Below are positions 59,598 through 64,000 of a stretch of 64,000 nucleotides of DNA, in pieces. Made by a program: the position numbers and the translations under genes. The number at the start of each line of letters is the position of its first letter. Within the stretch, counting starts at the first letter, position 1. The notes below the pieces were generated by a model that ran no database searches, had not been told where the DNA came from, and was given only the letters and a program-made list of their open reading frames with translations. The DNA comes from an uncultured Acidobacteriota bacterium (GTDB lineage: Bacteria; Acidobacteriota; Vicinamibacteria; Marinacidobacterales; DATDRI01): positions 22,726 to 86,725 of the forward strand of contig CAVROO010000023.1 of assembly GCA_963722765.1 (NCBI GenBank). Reading direction: 5' to 3'.

Positions 59598-60281
59598 ATG
59601 CAACAACAACCATCGGGTCCGCTTGCCGAGCTCGGGCTAAAATTCGTCGGCTACCTACCCACCTTGGCGGGCGGTCTGTTCGTAGTGGCCCTCGGCTTGG
59701 CCGTTGGCTGGATCGTGAAACGCGCCGTGATCCGGGTCCTGATCTGGCTACGGCTCGATCGCCTCGGGGGACGACTCGGTTGGCGGGCCGCCTTCGGCAA
59801 GGGCGATGTCCGTGGCGCGCTTTACAACGTCGCGGGTTCAGCAGCCGCGGTGGTGGTGGTTCTCGTCTTTCTCGACAACGCTCTTCAGATATGGGGACTC
59901 ACCGTCCTTTCCCGCTTGCTCGAGAGCTTTCTCATTTACCTGCCCAACCTCGCGATGGTCGCCCTCATTGCCGGAGCCGGCTTGGTCCTTTCCAATGCCG
60001 CGGCCAACGGTGTCGAACGTGCTCTAGAGGAGGAGGATTTTGCACGCGGGCGACTGGTGGCGAAGGTGTGTAAGGCGGCTCTGCTCTCGGTGGTCAGTGC
60101 TCTGGCACTCTGGCAGCTCAACTTCGCAAGGGAAATCGTTTTGTCCGCGTTCCTCATCATTTTCGGTGCTGTAGGTGTTGCGTTTGCCGTGGCCGTCGGG
60201 CTGGGCTCGGCCAAAGCCATCGAGCGTGGCTGGCAGGCCCTATTTGGAAATCGAGAAGATGACCAGAACCGAAACGGATGA
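59598..60281 (+). CDS. Membrane protein with repeated conserved-TM-helix units (CmpX / mechanosensitive-channel-associated type)
   Basis: 227 aa with 4-5 hydrophobic helices, each followed by short basic loops. Family assignment comes from the overall pattern only. Confidence 0.5.
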   Translation: MQQQPSGPLAELGLKFVGYLPTLAGGLFVVALGLAVGWIVKRAVIRVLIWLRLDRLGGRLGWRAAFGKGDVRGALYNVAGSAAAVVVVLVFLDNALQIWGLTVLSRLLESFLIYLPNLAMVALIAGAGLVLSNAAANGVERALEEEDFARGRLVAKVCKAALLSVVSALALWQLNFAREIVLSAFLIIFGAVGVAFAVAVGLGSAKAIERGWQALFGNREDDQNRNG

Positions 60282-60705
60282 AGACAGGGTCGTTCACGAA
60301 AGCGGCGCAGGCGCAACCAGACAAAGCCGAAGGCCGGGGCCGACAACAATTCCTCAAATGTAATCGGGCTCACTTCCGCTTTCGTCCCCTGGCAAACCCA
60401 AAGATCGTCGTGATCAAAAAGATAGCAAGCAGTATCGCCAGAATAGTCGAGGTCTTCGTTTTGCTGGCGTTTGCAGCTTCGAGCTCTGCTGCAAGACCTC
60501 CATTTTCGCCTCGGACGGACTGGTTCGTTGAGAGACCGGAGACTCAGTGTCGAGGTTTCTCAATGTCGAGGCGGCCAAATGATTGGGTGGACTTCGAATT
60601 GACCCGGGCCTGTTTTCATTATCCGTTTGGACACAGATTGTGCTAGTTTCCCAACTTAATTGGACGCGCGATGCCTGTGCGCCGTCTGGTTGATCCGCCT
60701 GCGGG

Positions 60706-61914
60706 ATGGATGAATCGAAGTTGAGTGCACAAACGAATCTAAAGCGGAACCCGGCAAGTTGGAGCGGCAGCCGGTCAAGAAGTTCGGCACCTTCCTAGGG
60801 GTTTTCACTCCCTCCGTACTGACGATCCTCGGGCTCATCATGTACCTGCGCTTCGGATGGGCGGTTGGAAACGTCGGTTTGCCCTTGACTCTTTTGATCG
60901 TGCTGCTCTCGAGCTCGGTCACTTTCCTGACGGCGCTCAGCGCCTCGGCCTTGGCAACGAATATGCGCGTGGGCGGCGGCGGAGAGTACTACATGTTCGC
61001 CCACAGCTTGGGGTTGGAGCTGGGTGGTGCGATCGGGATTCCGCTGTTTCTTTGTCGAACGTTGAGCATTACCTTTTACTCCTATGGTTTGTCGGAATCG
61101 ATCTTGTGGCTGTGGCCTTCCGAATGGGGTGCGGTTCCGGAGTCTGCCGTTCCGTTGATTGCCGCCATCACGGTTATCACCACAGCCATGGTTGCCGGCA
61201 AGAGCGCGGAGCTGACGCTCAAGCTCCAGATCCCCATCATGATTGCGGTCGGGGTCTCCCTCCTCGCGATGATCGGCGGCGTCTTGAGCGGTCCTACGCA
61301 CACGCCGGAGTTGGTGGCCACTTATCGGACGGCACCCGAAGGTTTTTGGTACGTATTGTCCATCTTCTTTCCTGCCGTCACCGGTTTCACGGCCGGCATC
61401 GGTTTGAGTGGAGACCTGAAAGACCCAAGGCAATCCATTCCCGTTGGAACACTTTTGGCCGTCGTGGTTGGCACTCTCGTTTATCTGTCCGTGCCGACCT
61501 TTCTCTCCCTTACCGGGCGCGTCAGCATGGAAGAGTCGGCAATGCCTGGTGTCGGCGTTTGGACCTCCGTGGCCGTTTTGGGAGCTTGGTTGGTCTTCCC
61601 CGGCATGTGGGGCCATTGCTCGAAATGAACAAGAGCACGAGACTCAGGCCAAGAACCTGGCGGCTCTTCCTGGGGAGGTCCGTACTGGAGCCAGTACGGA
61701 TATCATCATGGCGCGTTCAGAGCATAGCATCCGGGACGTCATCCACGAGCACAGTGCCCGAGCCGACGTGGTCTTTCTCGGACTGCAAGAACCTCGCCCC
61801 GGCACCGAGTCCCGCTACGCACGATGGCTGGAAGAGATGGTCGAGGGGCTCAACACCACGGTTTTCGTGCGCAATGCCAGCGAGTTCGCCGGGAAGTTGA
61901 TCTCGCGAATGTAG
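60706..61914 (+). pseudogene. Cation:chloride cotransporter-like (SLC12/APC) gene with a frame break near 60750 and an internal deletion near 61615
   Basis: KKFGTFLGVFTPSVLTILGLIMYLRFGWAVG to ..FPGMWGAI covers about 7 TMs. It then jumps directly into the extreme C-terminal tail (..DVIHEHSARADVVFLGLQEP...VFVRNASEF). Roughly half the protein is missing. Confidence 0.65.
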
Positions 61915-61931
61915 TCAACCCTGAAACACCT

Positions 61932-62732
61932 TCAAGCAGAACCATCCCCGTCGGACAGGACGGTTAGGACGGGAGAAACGGTAGACGCCAAGGCTTGGCG
62001 AATCATTTCCATCGTCTCCGGAACAGGCTCACCGGTCCATTCATCCATGAAGAACTTCTTGAGCTCGATGGCGAGAGCACAACCGGACCCGGGGAAATTT
62101 TCCTGGACCCACTTCGAAAGATACGCTCCCCGGAACTTGACATTCTCGCGAACGTCCAAGTGTCGTCCCCCGAAGTCAAATTCGCGTAAAGCCGACATGA
62201 ACGATTCGACCACCGGCCCCCAACGCTCACGGTCCAAGTTGCCGGTGCCGACGTTCACCTCCGGATTCTCCTCCTGCGCTGCCGGGGGTGCCTCGGGCCC
62301 GGACCGCCGGTGATTATAGGAGTGCAGATCGAACAAAACGAAACGCTCGTGACTCTTTTCGACCTTCTGCAATAACTGCTTCAGCTCGGCGTAGAACGAA
62401 TCGTGCAGAGATAAGGAAAGGTCCACCTTTTCCGGCTCGAGCGGTTCTTTCCATAAGTTCAGCCCCCAGGCATCCTCGGGCCGAAGGTAAACCGCCCTCT
62501 CGCGCGGCCGGTTCAGATCCACCTCGAAGCGTGACCGGTGAACCACAACCTGTGTGTCCGCCACCGTCGTCCACTCGCCTGTGAACGGATCCTCCTCCCG
62601 CAACCTTTCCGACTCGGGGAGGGCAAACCGCGGTCTCAGTTCCTGGCGGATCGCGTGCCCGTTATGGATCGCGGTCGCAACGAGAGGGCCTTCCCCCGCA
62701 ACGATTGTCCAAGTTGGTTCGCCCACTATCAC
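61932..62732 (-). CDS. N-formylglutamate amidohydrolase (FGase) family protein (second paralog)
   Basis: GTG at 62732 after GGAGA overlaps the upstream stop (GTGA). ATAIHNGH, FEVDLNRPRE and FDLHSYNHRR are family-like motifs. Confidence 0.75.
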   Translation of the reverse strand: MIVGEPTWTIVAGEGPLVATAIHNGHAIRQELRPRFALPESERLREEDPFTGEWTTVADTQVVVHRSRFEVDLNRPRERAVYLRPEDAWGLNLWKEPLEPEKVDLSLSLHDSFYAELKQLLQKVEKSHERFVLFDLHSYNHRRSGPEAPPAAQEENPEVNVGTGNLDRERWGPVVESFMSALREFDFGGRHLDVRENVKFRGAYLSKWVQENFPGSGCALAIELKKFFMDEWTGEPVPETMEMIRQALASTVSPVLTVLSDGDGSA

Positions 62733-62995
62733 TTCTCCTCGGGCCGATCGACCCCGAATCGAGCGGCCTTGTGTCTCCTGCTCGCTCGCAATAGATAGCC
62801 ACCCAGAATTCCTGCAAACGCTCCCATTACGAATGTGCCCAACAGAACCAGGATTCTCGACAAGGTAAGACTCCAAAACAGAAGTTGGATCGTCACGATT
62901 TCCGCGTTCTGAAATGCGATGATGATCATCAACCCGGCGAGAATCACTACGAAAGCTACCCTTGCGTTTTTCAAAATATCACCGGCCATATTCAT
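62729..62995 (-). CDS. LapA-domain (DUF1049) small inner-membrane protein
   Basis: 88 aa with two TM helices and the typical ..IQLLFWSLTLSRILVLLGTFVMGA.. core. AAGGGGCGAGG Shine-Dalgarno before the ATG at 62995. Confidence 0.6.
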   Translation of the reverse strand: MNMAGDILKNARVAFVVILAGLMIIIAFQNAEIVTIQLLFWSLTLSRILVLLGTFVMGAFAGILGGYLLRASRRHKAARFGVDRPEEK

Positions 62996-63020
62996 CCTCG
63001 CCCCTTTTCGGGAAAAGTCT

Positions 63021-64000
63021 TTACAGTGTCGCCATCTCTATATTGTCGAAGTTGCGCCTGTAGTACTTCATGTATTCCACCTTACGTTCCATGGCATGAA
63101 GAACGGCATGCGTGAAATTCACCCCTTCGAACTTCTGGGCGCTTCCCAAACCGCCGGGGCTGAATACGTTAATCTCCATCAGTTTGTCCCCGACGATATC
63201 GAGTCCGACGAGGAACATACCGTCTTGTACGAGCTTCGGGCGAACGATCTCGACGATTTTCAGATGGTCGCTGGTGATCTCGGCCTGGCGGAGCTTACCT
63301 CCTGCGTGGATATTGCTTCGCATGTCATCGCCTTGACGGACCCGCCGGAACGCGGCGTATTTGCCTTTATAGCGCAGCGGTTGTCCATTCATTACAAACA
63401 GACGCGTGTCCCCTTCCGCGGCGGCCGGCAAGTATTCTTGGCAGATGACGTACCCCTCGCGGCTGACCGCTTCAATCATCTGGTTCAGATTCGGCACATC
63501 GTCCGGGCGAACCAAAAAAACGCTCTGTCCCCCTGAACCTTGAAGCGGCTTCAAGACGATACTGCCCCCCAACTCCTTGGCAAAGGCTTTGATCTCGTCC
63601 CGGTCCCGGGTGATGAGCGTCTTCGGTCGGACTTCTTCGGGAAACAACTGAAAATACATCTTGTTCATCGCCTTCGACAGACCGTTGGGGTCGTTGACCA
63701 CGATCACTCCATGACGCATGGCAACGCGGCCGAAGATGATACCCGAGGCCTGTGCCCAAGCGCGCAGTCCCGTATCATTCGAGGGATCGCTGCGCAGCAT
63801 GAGCACGTCGAGATCATCGACGGTAATCCTCTCCGTCTTGGCCTTTTTACCCTGCAAGTCGCTCAGAAAGATCTCTGATGACTTGTACTTGGACTTGGAG
63901 GCCGTCTTCGCCCGGGCGCGGATGATCTCATCCGGATCGTAGGCAAAGTCGCCGGCTCCCATCAACCATGCTTCGTGACCCAGGTTGATAGCCGCCATGG
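63021..64000 (-). CDS. gshB: Glutathione-synthetase-like ATP-grasp ligase (GshB family), 5' end outside window
   Basis: LDVLMLRSDPS, VLKPLQGSGGQSVF, GDTRLFVMNGQP and LVGLDIVGDKLMEINVFSP are colinear with prokaryotic GshB motifs. The ORF runs to the window edge. Confidence 0.8.
   Translation of the reverse strand, partial: MAAINLGHEAWLMGAGDFAYDPDEIIRARAKTASKSKYKSSEIFLSDLQGKKAKTERITVDDLDVLMLRSDPSNDTGLRAWAQASGIIFGRVAMRHGVIVVNDPNGLSKAMNKMYFQLFPEEVRPKTLITRDRDEIKAFAKELGGSIVLKPLQGSGGQSVFLVRPDDVPNLNQMIEAVSREGYVICQEYLPAAAEGDTRLFVMNGQPLRYKGKYAAFRRVRQGDDMRSNIHAGGKLRQAEITSDHLKIVEIVRPKLVQDGMFLVGLDIVGDKLMEINVFSPGGLGSAQKFEGVNFTHAVLHAMERKVEYMKYYRRNFDNIEMATL

Noticed and set aside
60370-60543. Minus-strand frame ending in a convincing TM anchor plus a basic tail (..TSTILAILLAIFLITTIFGFARGRKRK-stop).
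   Set aside because: There is no in-frame ATG, GTG or TTG upstream. An ATG exists only in a neighbouring frame (MEVLQQ..). It would need yet another indel to be a gene, so I left it unannotated.

Overview
GC-rich (by eye about 55-60%) bacterial chromosomal segment with about 45 protein genes and no rRNA, tRNA, CRISPR array, integrase or intact transposase that I can support. I could not run any searches. All calls rest on motifs read in the translations and repeats read in the DNA.

Gene content, in order:
- A partial cyclophilin-domain exoprotein.
- A DyP peroxidase.
- An esterase-TPR gene behind a textbook sigma-54 promoter.
- A lipoprotein aspartic protease.
- A 993-aa SBBP-repeat exoprotein.
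- A DUF4388/PEGA gene next to a TonB-like gene.
- A PlpD-like type Vd patatin autotransporter.
- A sulfatase-TPR protein.
- A roughly 1560-aa transglutaminase-core protein.
- A sucrose cluster (fructokinase, SPS/SPP, sucrose synthase).
- GGT translationally coupled to an N-formylglutamate-amidohydrolase (FGase)-family gene.
- Two CNNM/CorC genes.
- A crotonase plus ADP-forming acyl-CoA synthetase operon.
- A sigma-54 two-component system.
- An LdtD plus M15A (MepK-like) murein pair.
- An APC-Usp permease.
- A GshB-like ATP-grasp / LapA-like / FGase trio at the window edge.

Most interesting candidate: a six-gene, translationally coupled minus-strand operon (49884-56777). It encodes a ThrC-like PLP enzyme, a DUF1611 P-loop protein, a PP-loop (QueC-like) + creatininase fusion, an enolase-type epimerase, a DUF2179 membrane protein and a Pat-type GNAT. 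A complex nested inverted-repeat leader precedes it. I cannot map it to a named pathway.

Other signals:
- Three canonical sigma-54 -24/-12 elements. One sits directly after the sigma-54 activator gene, in front of only a 27-codon ORF. One sits in a 1.1-kb gene-less gap.
- A dispersed 13-mer/10-mer repeat family at two loci.
- Several gene stubs that look like deletion scars.

Caveat: the sequence carries at least about 27 single-base frame breaks. About 20 of them lie within 39.2-51.5 kb, and several are at homopolymers, so the ORF track fragments many genes. I merged fragments where motifs continue across frames.
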